Source of the DNA: an uncultured Candidatus Saccharibacteria bacterium | Lineage (GTDB): Bacteria; Patescibacteriota; Minisyncoccia; Phycocordibacterales; UBA2100 | Direction of reading: 5' to 3' | DNA: 64,000 bases | NCBI GenBank assembly: GCA_964437185.1 | Contig: CAYTFU010000002.1 | Span: forward strand, 41,296 to 105,295 | In this document: piece after piece, positions 38,929 to 48,614 of the stretch | Layout: every line of letters starts with the position of its first letter | Numbering within the stretch: the stretch's first letter is position 1 | The notes under the pieces: generated by a model | The model's database searches: none | Seen by the model: only the letters and a program-made list of their open reading frames with translations | Told to the model about the DNA's origin: nothing | Translations under genes and position numbers: made by a program

Positions 38929-40272
38929 ATGAGTATCGTTAAGGTGCGTTTCCCACCGAGCCCGACGGGCTATTGCCATGTCGGCACCGCTCGAATGGCG
39001 ATTCTTAATTATTTATTTGCGCGAAAACACGGCGGGAGCATTGTATTTCGCAGCGAGGACACCGACAAGGAGCGCAGCCGCGCGGAGTACGAAGACGACA
39101 TTCGAGAAAGTCTTAGCTGGCTCGGACTTTCGTGGGACGAGTTTTATCGCCAGTCTGAGCGCACCCACGTATACACTACCGCGCTTCTACAACTCATCCG
39201 CGAGGGGAAAGCATACGTCTCCGAGGAGGAGAGTAAAAAAGAACCTGGCGTACGCGTGCGTCCGGTACGACTCAAAAACCCGGGCACCGTTATCACGTTT
39301 GCAGATGAGATCCGCGGTGAGATTACGTTTGATACGGCAGAACTCAAAGATTTTGTCATTGCGCGCTCGATCAACGATCCGCTGTATCACCTTGCAGTGG
39401 TCGTCGACGATCACGATATGGGGATCACGCACGTGATTCGCGGCGAAGATCACATCTCAAACACACCTCGGCAAATTCTGATTCAGGAGGCGCTTGGATA
39501 TTCGCGGCCCGTGTACGCGCACTACCCGCTGCACCTTTCAGCAGACAGAGCGAAGCTCTCTAAACGCACGGGCGATGTGGCCGTCCGATCGTATCGAGAA
39601 AAAGGATACCTGTCCGGAGCACTACTCAATTACCTCGCGACACTTGGCTGGACGCCACCATCGGGTAGGGAGATATTGAGTCTTGATGATATGGTCAGCG
39701 AATTTGAACTCAAAGACGTGCACAAAAGCGGGGCAATTTTCGATCTCGAAAAGTTGCGCTGGTACAACAGACACTACTTGCACGAACTTTCACCCGGAGA
39801 ATTTGCCGCAGAAGCGTCGATTATCCTCTCCGAAGAAATGCACACTCGCGGTATTACGGTCACAGACGACCTTGTACTAAAATTATGGCCGATTATACGC
39901 GAGCGAATAGGCGTGTGGGAGGATTTGCGTGAGGCGATTCGCGATGCCGAGTTTGATTTCTTTTTCAAAGACCCGGTATTGGATTCCGCCCGTATATCGC
40001 AAAAAGGAGTCGAGCCAAACGTGACGCTGAAGCACCTCGCCGCTTGTGCGGAGATGCTGACCTCTGTCACCGAGGAGGATTTTACCGAGTCACACATCAA
40101 GGATCGGCTGTGGCCCTACGCAACATCAGAGGGTCGCGGGGCTGTTTTATGGCCGCTACGATACGCGCTCTCGGGCCTCGAAAAATCACCGGACCCCTTT
40201 GTAATCCTCGGGATCATAGGGAAAGAGACGGCACTGAGGCGTATTGAGGCAGCTCGATCGCAGCTTGTATGA
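38929..40272 (+). CDS. gltX: glutamyl-tRNA synthetase
   Basis: RFPPSPTGYCHVGTAR (HIGH-class), KLSKR; start could also be 38917. Confidence 0.9.
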   Translation: MSIVKVRFPPSPTGYCHVGTARMAILNYLFARKHGGSIVFRSEDTDKERSRAEYEDDIRESLSWLGLSWDEFYRQSERTHVYTTALLQLIREGKAYVSEEESKKEPGVRVRPVRLKNPGTVITFADEIRGEITFDTAELKDFVIARSINDPLYHLAVVVDDHDMGITHVIRGEDHISNTPRQILIQEALGYSRPVYAHYPLHLSADRAKLSKRTGDVAVRSYREKGYLSGALLNYLATLGWTPPSGREILSLDDMVSEFELKDVHKSGAIFDLEKLRWYNRHYLHELSPGEFAAEASIILSEEMHTRGITVTDDLVLKLWPIIRERIGVWEDLREAIRDAEFDFFFKDPVLDSARISQKGVEPNVTLKHLAACAEMLTSVTEEDFTESHIKDRLWPYATSEGRGAVLWPLRYALSGLEKSPDPFVILGIIGKETALRRIEAARSQLV

Positions 40273-41564
40273 ATAGAGGACTCGCCGTTATCTCGGTACT
40301 CTGCGTACTGCTGTGCTTACCGTCCAATTCCTTCGCCCAAAATGCGCCTGCCTCAGAGGAGCGCATCAACTCCTTACAATCGCAGATTGACACCCACAAA
40401 TCTGAGATCGAAAAAATTGACCGGGAAATTGCGCAATATCAACAGCAGCTTGACGCTGTCGGGACCAAAAAGAAAACACTTCAAAACACACTTTCGCAGC
40501 TGGATCTTCAGATAAAAAAAGCGACTGCGTCGATAAACGTCACAAAAAATAAAATTAGTGCAACGCAGCTCGAAATTCTCCAGCTTGAGAAGGGAATTGC
40601 AGGCAAAGAAGTTTCTATCGAAACGGGGAACCAGGGCCTGCGAGAGTCCCTGCGTCGACTCAATGAGATTGGAACCAATCCTCTTGCAGTGCAAGTGCTT
40701 TCCTCAATCGACATCTCCGAAGCGTGGGAAGACGCGGACGCTATTCAAGAACTCCAAGTGGCAGTGCGCGATCAAATCGCACGACTCGCTTCGGAGAAAC
40801 AATCACTCACGGAGACAAAAAACCAGACCGAGGCGAAGCGCGCGCAATTGGTGAAGCAAAAGGATACTCTGCTTGCGCAGCAAGGCTCGCTCACGGCTCA
40901 AAAAAAGGCGCAGAACGAGCTTCTCGTTCAGACCAAATCACAGGAATCCACCTACCAATCAATTTTGAAACAAAAACAGGCGGCAAAAGCCACGTTTGAA
41001 GCAGCGCTTGGTGATCTTAAAATCCAGTTCCAGAGAGCTATTAGGCCCTCGGAAATTTTGGCCGCCGGAAAGGGGATATTGCGCTGGCCGCTCGACAACG
41101 TGCGCATCACACAGCAATTTGGAAACACCGCCTTCGCGGCTTCTGGTGCATATAATGGCAAGGGACACAACGGCATCGACCTCGCCGCTCCCGTCGGCAC
41201 ACCGCTGAGAGCGGCTCTTAATGGCGTAGTTTTGGGGACGGGCAACACGGATAGCATAAAGGGCTGCTACTCATTTGGACGGTGGGTGATGATTAAGCAC
41301 CCCAATGGGATCAACACCATGTACTCGCACCTCTCCCAAATCAACGTTGCAGAGGGCCAAAACGTCGATACAGGGCACATAATCGGCTACAGCGGGGAAA
41401 CGGGCTATGCCACAGGCCCACACCTTCACTTCGGCGTGTACGTCAGCTCGGCAACGGCAATCATTCGCCTCGGCGCCGCGAGCAATTCGACCACCCCGTG
41501 CTCAAACGCCGTCATGCCCGTCGCACCCCTATCGGGATACTTAAATCCGATGAATTATCTCTAG
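40269..41564 (+). CDS. M23 family metallopeptidase with N-terminal coiled coil (EnvC-like)
   Basis: signal peptide, long coiled coil, C-terminal LytM domain GHNGIDLAAP...PHLHFGVY. Confidence 0.8.
   Translation: MNRGLAVISVLCVLLCLPSNSFAQNAPASEERINSLQSQIDTHKSEIEKIDREIAQYQQQLDAVGTKKKTLQNTLSQLDLQIKKATASINVTKNKISATQLEILQLEKGIAGKEVSIETGNQGLRESLRRLNEIGTNPLAVQVLSSIDISEAWEDADAIQELQVAVRDQIARLASEKQSLTETKNQTEAKRAQLVKQKDTLLAQQGSLTAQKKAQNELLVQTKSQESTYQSILKQKQAAKATFEAALGDLKIQFQRAIRPSEILAAGKGILRWPLDNVRITQQFGNTAFAASGAYNGKGHNGIDLAAPVGTPLRAALNGVVLGTGNTDSIKGCYSFGRWVMIKHPNGINTMYSHLSQINVAEGQNVDTGHIIGYSGETGYATGPHLHFGVYVSSATAIIRLGAASNSTTPCSNAVMPVAPLSGYLNPMNYL
41520..41564 (+). repeat. M23 gene 3'-end copy 1
   Basis: 45 nt; direct repeat with 41620..41664. 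Confidence 0.75.
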
Positions 41565-41597
41565 TACCGAGATACTCCTAACCTGAAATGAGTCTAG

Positions 41598-41620
41598 CCC
41601 CGTGGTGAAAACGCACGGGG
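41598..41620 (+). repeat. hairpin CCCCGTG-GTGAAAACG-CACGGGG inside 55-nt insert
   Basis: 7-bp perfect stem. Confidence 0.6.
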
Positions 41621-41664
41621 TCGCACCCCTATCGGGATATCTAAATCCGATGAACTATCTCTAG
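41620..41664 (+). repeat. M23 gene 3'-end copy 2 (encodes identical VAPLSGYLNPMNYL*)
   Basis: 3 differences from copy 1, all synonymous third-position changes. Confidence 0.75.
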
Positions 41665-41765
41665 TGGGGCGGAGCCTGCTTGTAATACAGTTCGCCTGAC
41701 ACTAACTCTAGCCGATGGCGTGAAGTTAGTGTCAGTGTGCACCAAGTATAAGATGTGAAATAGAT

Positions 41766-41790
41766 GAGGCGGCACCGCGGGTGCCGCCTC
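41766..41790 (-). terminator. GC-rich hairpin GAGGCGGCACC-GCG-GGTGCCGCCTC, likely intrinsic terminator for minus-strand genes 41803..42740
   Basis: 11-bp perfect stem; on minus strand followed by ATCTATTTCACATCTT (T-rich). Confidence 0.5.
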
Positions 41791-41802
41791 ATTGAGGGAA
41801 GA

Positions 41803-42030
41803 TCAGCCATCAGATATGGACTTCAGCGCACCAAGATTGATTGGACCTCGGTGACCTTCTATCCACGCTGAATCATTTTGAATTTTGGTGATTTTCCCCC
41901 TTACGCCTGGATCGTATATGGATTGCACCAGCATTCCAATAGCAAACTTCTCACCGAGCTGACCAGTAGATTGAAGACCCGGAATTCTGCCGCCAACGTT
42001 GACTGGTGCCCACGGTCGAAATGTAGACAT
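41803..42030 (-). CDS. hypothetical small protein
   Basis: 75-aa ORF, no family recognised. Confidence 0.35.
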   Translation of the reverse strand: MSTFRPWAPVNVGGRIPGLQSTGQLGEKFAIGMLVQSIYDPGVRGKITKIQNDSAWIEGHRGPINLGALKSISDG

Positions 42031-42089
42031 GCGTTACCCCCAAAAGAACAAGTGACGATTATCACACAGGCAAGTGGATTTTTCGAGGG

Positions 42090-42740
42090 TCATATTTTCT
42101 TTCCACGCTTGGACCACTCAGTTGTTTTCATGGCGCGCAACTCGACAGGCGCTGCGCGACGTAATGTGCGTAGATTTTTTTTGGGAGCGACAGGGAAGTG
42201 GCGCGAATCGTCAAGAGCCTGTACGAGCCAAGTCAGTTCTTTGTCAGACGTAACCCAACGACTGGGTGTAAATTTTGAGAGATCATACGGTGCCGAATAT
42301 TCCCGCAGCGACTTCTTTCCATTCCACTCTAAATATTCGTGAAAATATGACATCGCAAGCTCGCGCGGCGACGCGTACACTGGATCTCTGTACCGAAGAA
42401 TCGAGTGATTGGTCTTCGATATCGCGCCCCAGCGACCGCCTTGCATAAATAATGCGACGACGTGATCCTCGTCTGTCGGCGCTGTTCGAAAATCCATTAA
42501 CAACGGCGGGGCACCATGGTACGCGAGTGCTGCGGCAGCCAAAAGGGCACCCTCAAAGCAGTGAGCAGTATTTTGCTCGATAACTCGTCTCGGCGACATG
42601 TATGTCTCGCCCGAGATCTCGAAGTTTATTGGGAGCGTGTCCAAGAAATCCTGAATTTTAGTGGGTGTCGACAATTTCGATAGCAGCGAGCGCTCGAGGG
42701 GAAGAAGGATAGACCGCAGGGTGTCACGATACGTGGCCAT
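42090..42740 (-). CDS. transglutaminase-like superfamily protein (putative Cys protease fold)
   Basis: AHCFEGALLAAAAL (Cys) ... DEDHVVALFMQGGRWGAI (His/Trp) resembles TGase core. Confidence 0.45.
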   Translation of the reverse strand: MATYRDTLRSILLPLERSLLSKLSTPTKIQDFLDTLPINFEISGETYMSPRRVIEQNTAHCFEGALLAAAALAYHGAPPLLMDFRTAPTDEDHVVALFMQGGRWGAISKTNHSILRYRDPVYASPRELAMSYFHEYLEWNGKKSLREYSAPYDLSKFTPSRWVTSDKELTWLVQALDDSRHFPVAPKKNLRTLRRAAPVELRAMKTTEWSKRGKKI

Positions 42741-43056
42741 ACAAGCATTCTAGCGCCTTGTGGGGCACAATGCGCGCCTCAGACGGTTGCCCTGGTCATG
42801 AGAGCTGCTCAGGCGTCTTGACGAAGGCATACGTCGCAAAAGATATATTGTGCGACGTTGCCATTCTCGGCCACCCTATGCGGGTAAATATTAGACAACA
42901 AAAATGCGAAAGAATACAAGCGTTAGAAAGTGTTACAGAAAAATCTCAAGTCGCTTGATCTGTCTTGCCGCTCGTCATAAATGTCTTGCATAAATATTGC
43001 CGCATTTACTCGCCCCAAAAGGCCCTACCCTATCGGGGGAGACCTCGATGCTATTT

Positions 43057-43659
43057 TTAGACGACCTTCCACGGAATATCGAACTCTGTAAATTCTGGTA
43101 GAAGTTTTCTTCCGTACAAAAGTCGCGACACAACTTCTGCGTGCGAAAGTGCGCCAGTAAGTGCGTTGTGCGGCTGCGGCTCTTCTGGTATTCCGCAATA
43201 GTTGAGCACGGCGTCGAGGTCAAGTGCGCTTCGGCGATGTCGCACAGGCGGCTGAAGACCCCTGTTGATCATATGCATGTAGCAGAGCGTGTGAGTGTCG
43301 ATAGTTCGGTATGCAAAGGGCCACTCCGTATGCCCTGCTCGCTCTGCGGCGGCCTTCAAAAAATCACGATCAAAGGAAACATTCTGTCCCACGAGCGTCC
43401 GCTCCCCTAATGAATCGCTCCAATGCAAAAACGATTTTACGAGATCGGCCTCGGTCTGCTTTTTCGGGTCGAGTAATTCCTTTTTTGTAAAGCCGTTGAC
43501 TGCAAGCGCACCATCCATAATATGTGCTCCATCCCATACCCTGCACTCTTCATAAAATCTATTGGAAGGTTGAGAAAAATCGAGCGCGCCGACACTCACT
43601 ATGGAATGCTTCTTCGCCTCTGTCCCCGAGGCCTCAACATCTACGATCAGCATGCTCAC
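43057..43659 (-). CDS. DEDDh 3'-5' exonuclease (DnaQ-like)
   Basis: LIVDVEASG (Exo I), QNVSFDRDFL (Exo II), HNALTGALSHAEV (Exo III). Confidence 0.75.
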   Translation of the reverse strand: MSMLIVDVEASGTEAKKHSIVSVGALDFSQPSNRFYEECRVWDGAHIMDGALAVNGFTKKELLDPKKQTEADLVKSFLHWSDSLGERTLVGQNVSFDRDFLKAAAERAGHTEWPFAYRTIDTHTLCYMHMINRGLQPPVRHRRSALDLDAVLNYCGIPEEPQPHNALTGALSHAEVVSRLLYGRKLLPEFTEFDIPWKVV

Positions 43660-43689
43660 AGTATAGCGCGGGTCCCACTCAGTGAGAAA

Positions 43690-44052
43690 TCATTCAAGCC
43701 CTGTGCAATTCTTTGCTGGCTCGTACCCTGCAGCACGAGCTTGATCCGCCGTCGAATACCACACGCGATTCGCCGGCAAAATTCTGTTCACGCCCGAACA
43801 CCAAGGATAACTATAGGTCTTCCCCTCGCGAGAGGCCACGTACATGCCGCCTAGGCTCCTCGGTACGACTTTGCTCGCAGAAATCCTTTCTGAAACGATC
43901 ACGGCGGTTTTTGAGTCCTCTAGGGCCGAATACCTGCCGAGACCGAAGGACGCGAGGCAGGCGGCGATGACAATGGCCGCCATCCCCCACTCTGCGAGCC
44001 ATCCGTCAAGACCTCCCTTGATTCCGTGCCAACTTTCAGGTATAGTGGCCAT
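43690..44052 (-). CDS. membrane-anchored protein with C-terminal Ada-like zinc-binding domain
   Basis: YSYPWCSGVNRILPANRVWYSTADQARAAGYEPAKNC resembles Ada N-terminal metal-binding motif. Confidence 0.45.
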   Translation of the reverse strand: MATIPESWHGIKGGLDGWLAEWGMAAIVIAACLASFGLGRYSALEDSKTAVIVSERISASKVVPRSLGGMYVASREGKTYSYPWCSGVNRILPANRVWYSTADQARAAGYEPAKNCTGLE

Positions 44053-44081
44053 GTTAAATCATCATACATTGAGTAACCACT

Positions 44082-44354
44082 ATGGCCCATACAAAAGCAG
44101 GCGGAACAGCGCGCAACCTAAACGACTCTAATCCCAAGTACCTTGGGGTTAAGCGAGCGGATGGTCAGAAGGTAGGCGTTGGAGAAATTATCGTTCGACA
44201 GCGCGGTACCGCCATCATGGCCGGAAAAAATATCGGTGTTGGCGTTGACCATACCCTCTTCGCGCAGACTGCTGGCACCGTAAAATTTCGAAGCACTCGC
44301 AAGACTAACTTCGACGGTCGTTCGACCACGCGTCGCATCGTAGACGTTGTATAG
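44082..44354 (+). CDS. rpmA: 50S ribosomal protein L27
   Basis: [24 protein letters not shown]. Confidence 0.95.
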   Translation: MAHTKAGGTARNLNDSNPKYLGVKRADGQKVGVGEIIVRQRGTAIMAGKNIGVGVDHTLFAQTAGTVKFRSTRKTNFDGRSTTRRIVDVV

Positions 44355-44364
44355 TTGACTGCGC

Positions 44365-44808
44365 CTAGGCAGCAATTATCGCGAGCGTAATTTTGCTTTG
44401 CGCGCCTCCTGCACGAATACTGAGCACGTGCTCCCCTACCTCTTTGAGAGGTTTTTCGAGTGTTATCAAATCTTCGTCAATTGCAACATTTCTTTGAGAT
44501 GCGATCGCTCGCACGATATCCGCGGCCGTTATTGATTTAAAGAGGCCGCCCTTCTCCGTCGCGCGCGCTTGTATCTCAACACGCGCACCCTCAAGACTCT
44601 GAATGCTTTTTGCGCGAGCCGCATCATCCCTTGCGCGCGCCTCCATGTGCTTCTTTTGCTCAGCCTCCCACGCAGTGATCTTCTCGGGAGTCGCCTGCAC
44701 CGCAAGCCCTCGTGCGATCAGAAAATTGAGCGCGTAGCCATCGGCAACGTCTTTGATTGTCCCGTGTTGTCCCACCTTTGCCACGTCTTTCAGAAGAATG
44801 ACTTTCAT
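44365..44808 (-). CDS. rplI: 50S ribosomal protein L9
   Basis: [30 protein letters not shown]; start at internal ATG, not ORF-track 44910. Confidence 0.9.
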   Translation of the reverse strand: MKVILLKDVAKVGQHGTIKDVADGYALNFLIARGLAVQATPEKITAWEAEQKKHMEARARDDAARAKSIQSLEGARVEIQARATEKGGLFKSITAADIVRAIASQRNVAIDEDLITLEKPLKEVGEHVLSIRAGGAQSKITLAIIAA

Positions 44809-44818
44809 TGCTATGAGA

Positions 44819-46066
44819 CTACTCCGTACCGCGCAAAATCGCAACTGCCTTTTCAAGCTGCACATCTTTACCAGCGGCACGATCTTCGTCGGTAACTTCA
44901 ACCACAACATCGGGAACGATTCCGTCGAGCGGAATTTGCTTGCCGCTCGGGTCGAGCCAGCGCGCCACCGTAACCTTTAGAGACGTCTCTGGGGTGATCT
45001 CGACGAGCTCCTGCACAGAACCCTTACCAAACGTATTGGTACCCACAAGTTGCGCGATTCCGTGCGCGCGCAGCGCACCCGCAAGAATCTCCGAAGCAGA
45101 CGCCGATCCCCCATCGACGAGAATAATCATTTTGAGATCATCGCTGAAGACATTGCGTCCCGTGGAGCGATGAACGATGTTGCGCGTATGACCCGCATAA
45201 TCCTCAGTGACAACGATTTTGCCCGACGGCAAAAACCAACTCGCCATATCTACGGCCGCTTCGAGATATCCGCCCGGATTCCCTCGCACGTCAAGAATCA
45301 ACATGGAGTTCCCTGATTCCGCAAATTCCCGCAATGCGCCGCGAAAGAGATCCGGCGAATTCGAAGTAAAGCTTGCGAGATGAATGACGAACACTCCGTC
45401 AGGCCGCGCTTTCGTAATGAGTATGGGGACGTTGATGACATCGCGAACGACTCGTATTTCCTTCGGTTTATCCCAGCCTTTCCGCGCAATGAGAAACACC
45501 ACTTCCGTCCCCTTCGGGCCGCGGATCTTTCGCACCGCGCTCGCCACATCGAGGCCAGCCGTATCAAGGTCATCAATCTTGAGAATAAGATCCTGCGCTT
45601 TGAGCCCCGCCTTCTCAGCGGGTGTCCCCTTGAGCGGGGATACTACCGTGAGCACTTGGTCACGCACCGCGACCTCCATTCCCACTCCCTCAAAACTCCC
45701 GCTCATGTCTGCTGCAAATTCCTCATTTTCAACCGGAGGAAGAAAGAAGGTGTACGGATCCTTCATAGACGCCGCAAGGCCCCCGATCATTCCCCATACG
45801 CGCTCCTGATTCTTCGCAAGCGTGGTGGTGGCCTGCTCGGTCGATGTGGCGACGGCGGCCGGAACAAATTTTTCATCGAGCACTTGCCACGCCTTCCAGA
45901 CGGGAGAGAAATCTACACCTTCAGGCCCGCTCGTTGATGCGGCAGCGCCCGCGACGGTTCGTGACCCGACCACATATCCGCCGGAAAACGCCGCAAAAAG
46001 AAACGCGAGACCGAGCGCCGCGAGTGTTACAAAATGGAGTGGTCGATGCTCTGCAGCTGTGGGCAT
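44819..46066 (-). CDS. ctpA: carboxyl-terminal processing protease (S41) with PDZ domain
   Basis: PDZ region then S41 core ([14 protein letters not shown], catalytic Ser/Lys region). Confidence 0.85.
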   Translation of the reverse strand: MPTAAEHRPLHFVTLAALGLAFLFAAFSGGYVVGSRTVAGAAASTSGPEGVDFSPVWKAWQVLDEKFVPAAVATSTEQATTTLAKNQERVWGMIGGLAASMKDPYTFFLPPVENEEFAADMSGSFEGVGMEVAVRDQVLTVVSPLKGTPAEKAGLKAQDLILKIDDLDTAGLDVASAVRKIRGPKGTEVVFLIARKGWDKPKEIRVVRDVINVPILITKARPDGVFVIHLASFTSNSPDLFRGALREFAESGNSMLILDVRGNPGGYLEAAVDMASWFLPSGKIVVTEDYAGHTRNIVHRSTGRNVFSDDLKMIILVDGGSASASEILAGALRAHGIAQLVGTNTFGKGSVQELVEITPETSLKVTVARWLDPSGKQIPLDGIVPDVVVEVTDEDRAAGKDVQLEKAVAILRGTE

Positions 46067-46140
46067 TATGGGATTATCGCATACCAGCGCTCCCCCTCAA
46101 ACCATTCCCCGTTCTCCACAGCCATATTTGTTGCGCTATA

Positions 46141-47061
46141 ATGTTCTCTATGCGGTCACAATATCAGCACGAGGGCCTCGTATGGATAGATCTGGAATCT
46201 CCCAGCCAGGACGATGTACGTGGAATTATTGAAACCTATCATATCGCGCCACTTATCGCCGAAGAGCTTCTCGTGCCATCGTCGAAGCCGAGAGTCGTGT
46301 TTGAAAGCGATTATGTATATCTCGTCCTTCACTTTCCTGCGCTCCGGCACAGCCACAGCAGCACGGAACAGGAGATTGATTTTATCATCGGCAAAAATTT
46401 TCTCATTACGACGCACTACGAGACAATTGATCCCCTTCATAATTTTTCTAAGGTATTTGAAGTGCATAGCGTGCTTGAAAAAAGTCGCTTCGGAGAACAC
46501 GCGGGTTTTATGTTTTATTACATGCTAAAGAGCCTGTATCAAGCGGTCGAAAACGAGGTCGAATACGTTTTGCGAGAGCTGCGTCATATTGAAGAAGATA
46601 TTTTTGCCGGTCACGAAGTACACATGGTTGAGAGTATATCGAACAGTTCGCGCGACCTCCTTACGCTTCGCCAGCGCATGGAGCCTCACCGAGAAGTTTT
46701 GCGTGATTTTGAGTCAGTCGCCACGCAACTTTTCGGTTCTGATTTCGCACCTTTTGTTCGATCGCTTACCGACGACTACTACCGCGTTCACAACCACATC
46801 ATGCGAGCTACCGAGTCTCTCCACGAGCTTCGCGAAACCAACAATTCTCTACTCACGACAAAACAGAACGAGACGATGCGGGTGCTTACACTCATGGCGC
46901 TCCTCACCTTTCCCCTCGCGCTTCTCGTCGCCGTTCTCGATAGCAATACTATATCGAACCCCATTGTCGGTCATCCATACGACTTCTGGATTATTCTTGC
47001 GCTCATTCTTGCTCTCGGAGGCGCAATGCTTTGGTATTTTAAGTACAAGCGGTGGATGTAG
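46141..47061 (+). CDS. CorA-family divalent cation transporter-like protein, non-canonical (no GMN)
   Basis: CorA-like N-terminal (GLVWIDLESPSQDDV...IDFIIGKNFLITTH), two C-terminal TM helices; GMN position reads LDSN. Confidence 0.6.
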   Translation: MFSMRSQYQHEGLVWIDLESPSQDDVRGIIETYHIAPLIAEELLVPSSKPRVVFESDYVYLVLHFPALRHSHSSTEQEIDFIIGKNFLITTHYETIDPLHNFSKVFEVHSVLEKSRFGEHAGFMFYYMLKSLYQAVENEVEYVLRELRHIEEDIFAGHEVHMVESISNSSRDLLTLRQRMEPHREVLRDFESVATQLFGSDFAPFVRSLTDDYYRVHNHIMRATESLHELRETNNSLLTTKQNETMRVLTLMALLTFPLALLVAVLDSNTISNPIVGHPYDFWIILALILALGGAMLWYFKYKRWM

Positions 47062-47202
47062 GTTCGGCGAGCACGGTTCTATATGTCTGATTTATTTGAA
47101 CTCATAGGGACCATGTACGTTGGGGCAGTCGATGTCGTATCTGCGCTTATACCGAGATCTTCGCGAAAATCCGCTGCCCACCCTCTGCGGCTTTACAACA
47201 CA

Positions 47203-48609
47203 ATGAGTGGTGCCATTGAGCTATTTAAGCCACTTCGAAAGGATGCGGTCAAAATGTACAACTGCGGTCCGACTGTCTACGGCAGGCAGCATATCGGCAA
47301 CCTTTCGATGTTTATCTTTACGGATACGCTTCGCAAGGTACTTCTGTACAACCACTTCACCGTTAAGCAGGTCATTAATTTTACCGACTTCGGCCACCTA
47401 TCATCCGACAACGACGAGGGCGAGGACAAAATGACGAAAGGCTTAAAGCGCGAAGGAATGGCGCTTTCTATAGAGAACATGCGCGTGCTCGGAGAGAAGT
47501 ACGCGAATATCTTTCTCGAAGACCTTCGCCAGCTCAACGTTGACGTTGATCACGTTACCTTTCCGCGCGCGAGTGACTTTGTATCCGAGCAAATAGCGAT
47601 GATCCGAACCCTGGAAGAAAAGGGCTACACCTACCAGTCGCACGGGTGCGTGTATTTTGATACTTCCCTCTTACCGGACTATGGCAAGCTCGGCAATATC
47701 AATCTGGAGGGATTAATATCGGGCGCTCGCGTCAAAGATAGCCACAAAAAACACCCCACGGATTTTTTGCTCTGGAAAGCGAGTAGGCGCGTGGGATGGA
47801 TGAGCCCGTGGGGCAAAGGATTTCCCGGGTGGCACATTGAGTGCTCTGCGATGATTAGAGCGACGCTCGGCACTCAAATCGATATTCATACGGGGGGAAT
47901 CGAGCACATACCCATCCATCACAACAACGAAATAGCGCAATCTGAATCTGCGACCGGCAAAAAACCCTTTGCTCAGTATTGGCTGCACCGCGCGCATATT
48001 CAACTCGAGGGTTCAAAAATTGCGAAATCTGGCGGCAACGTTATTTACCTCAGCGATGTTATCGAGCGCGGTTTTCACCCACTTGCACTTCGCTACCTTT
48101 TTTTGACCGCTCATTACCGCACTCCCTCAAACTTTACTTGGGAAGCACTCGGGGCCGCTCAAACCGCGTTCGCGAAGCTCGTCGGCTTCCGATTGTCACT
48201 CGCAGACGCTGAAAAAGACGCTGTATCAACCCATTGGAGATCGGCATTTGTGAGTCGACTTAACGACGATCTCGAAACTCCGGCAGCCATCGCGGTGGTA
48301 TGGGAAATGGTTTCGGATAAGTTGCTTAGTAGTGCACAAAAACTTGCTACGCTCCTTGACTTTGATTCTGTACTTGGGCTTAACCTCGCGGAACCCGATG
48401 AGCACGCTCTCCGGCTCGCGCGTGAACACACGAGAGAAGAGGTAGTGGCCGGCGATCTACCCGACGCTATCGCCCACCTCGTCAGAGAGCGCGAAGAGGC
48501 GCGAGATGCGAAAGATTGGTCCAGGGCAGATGAACTGCGGATCCGAATTCAGTCCGAAGGATACGCGCTCGAAGACAAAGATGGCGCTACAAAAATACTC
48601 AAAATCTAG
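47203..48609 (+). CDS. cysS: cysteinyl-tRNA synthetase
   Basis: MYNCGPTVYGRQHIGN (HIGH), KIAKSGGN (KMSKS variant), Zn ligand Cys; start ATG 47203. Confidence 0.9.
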   Translation: MSGAIELFKPLRKDAVKMYNCGPTVYGRQHIGNLSMFIFTDTLRKVLLYNHFTVKQVINFTDFGHLSSDNDEGEDKMTKGLKREGMALSIENMRVLGEKYANIFLEDLRQLNVDVDHVTFPRASDFVSEQIAMIRTLEEKGYTYQSHGCVYFDTSLLPDYGKLGNINLEGLISGARVKDSHKKHPTDFLLWKASRRVGWMSPWGKGFPGWHIECSAMIRATLGTQIDIHTGGIEHIPIHHNNEIAQSESATGKKPFAQYWLHRAHIQLEGSKIAKSGGNVIYLSDVIERGFHPLALRYLFLTAHYRTPSNFTWEALGAAQTAFAKLVGFRLSLADAEKDAVSTHWRSAFVSRLNDDLETPAAIAVVWEMVSDKLLSSAQKLATLLDFDSVLGLNLAEPDEHALRLAREHTREEVVAGDLPDAIAHLVREREEARDAKDWSRADELRIRIQSEGYALEDKDGATKILKI

Positions 48610-48614
48610 CCTTC

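Noticed and set aside
45844-46140. N-terminal 99-aa extension of the CorA-like ORF
   Set aside because: Extension overlaps ctpA on the opposite strand and lacks CorA similarity; the internal ATG at 46141 gives a canonical CorA N-terminus.
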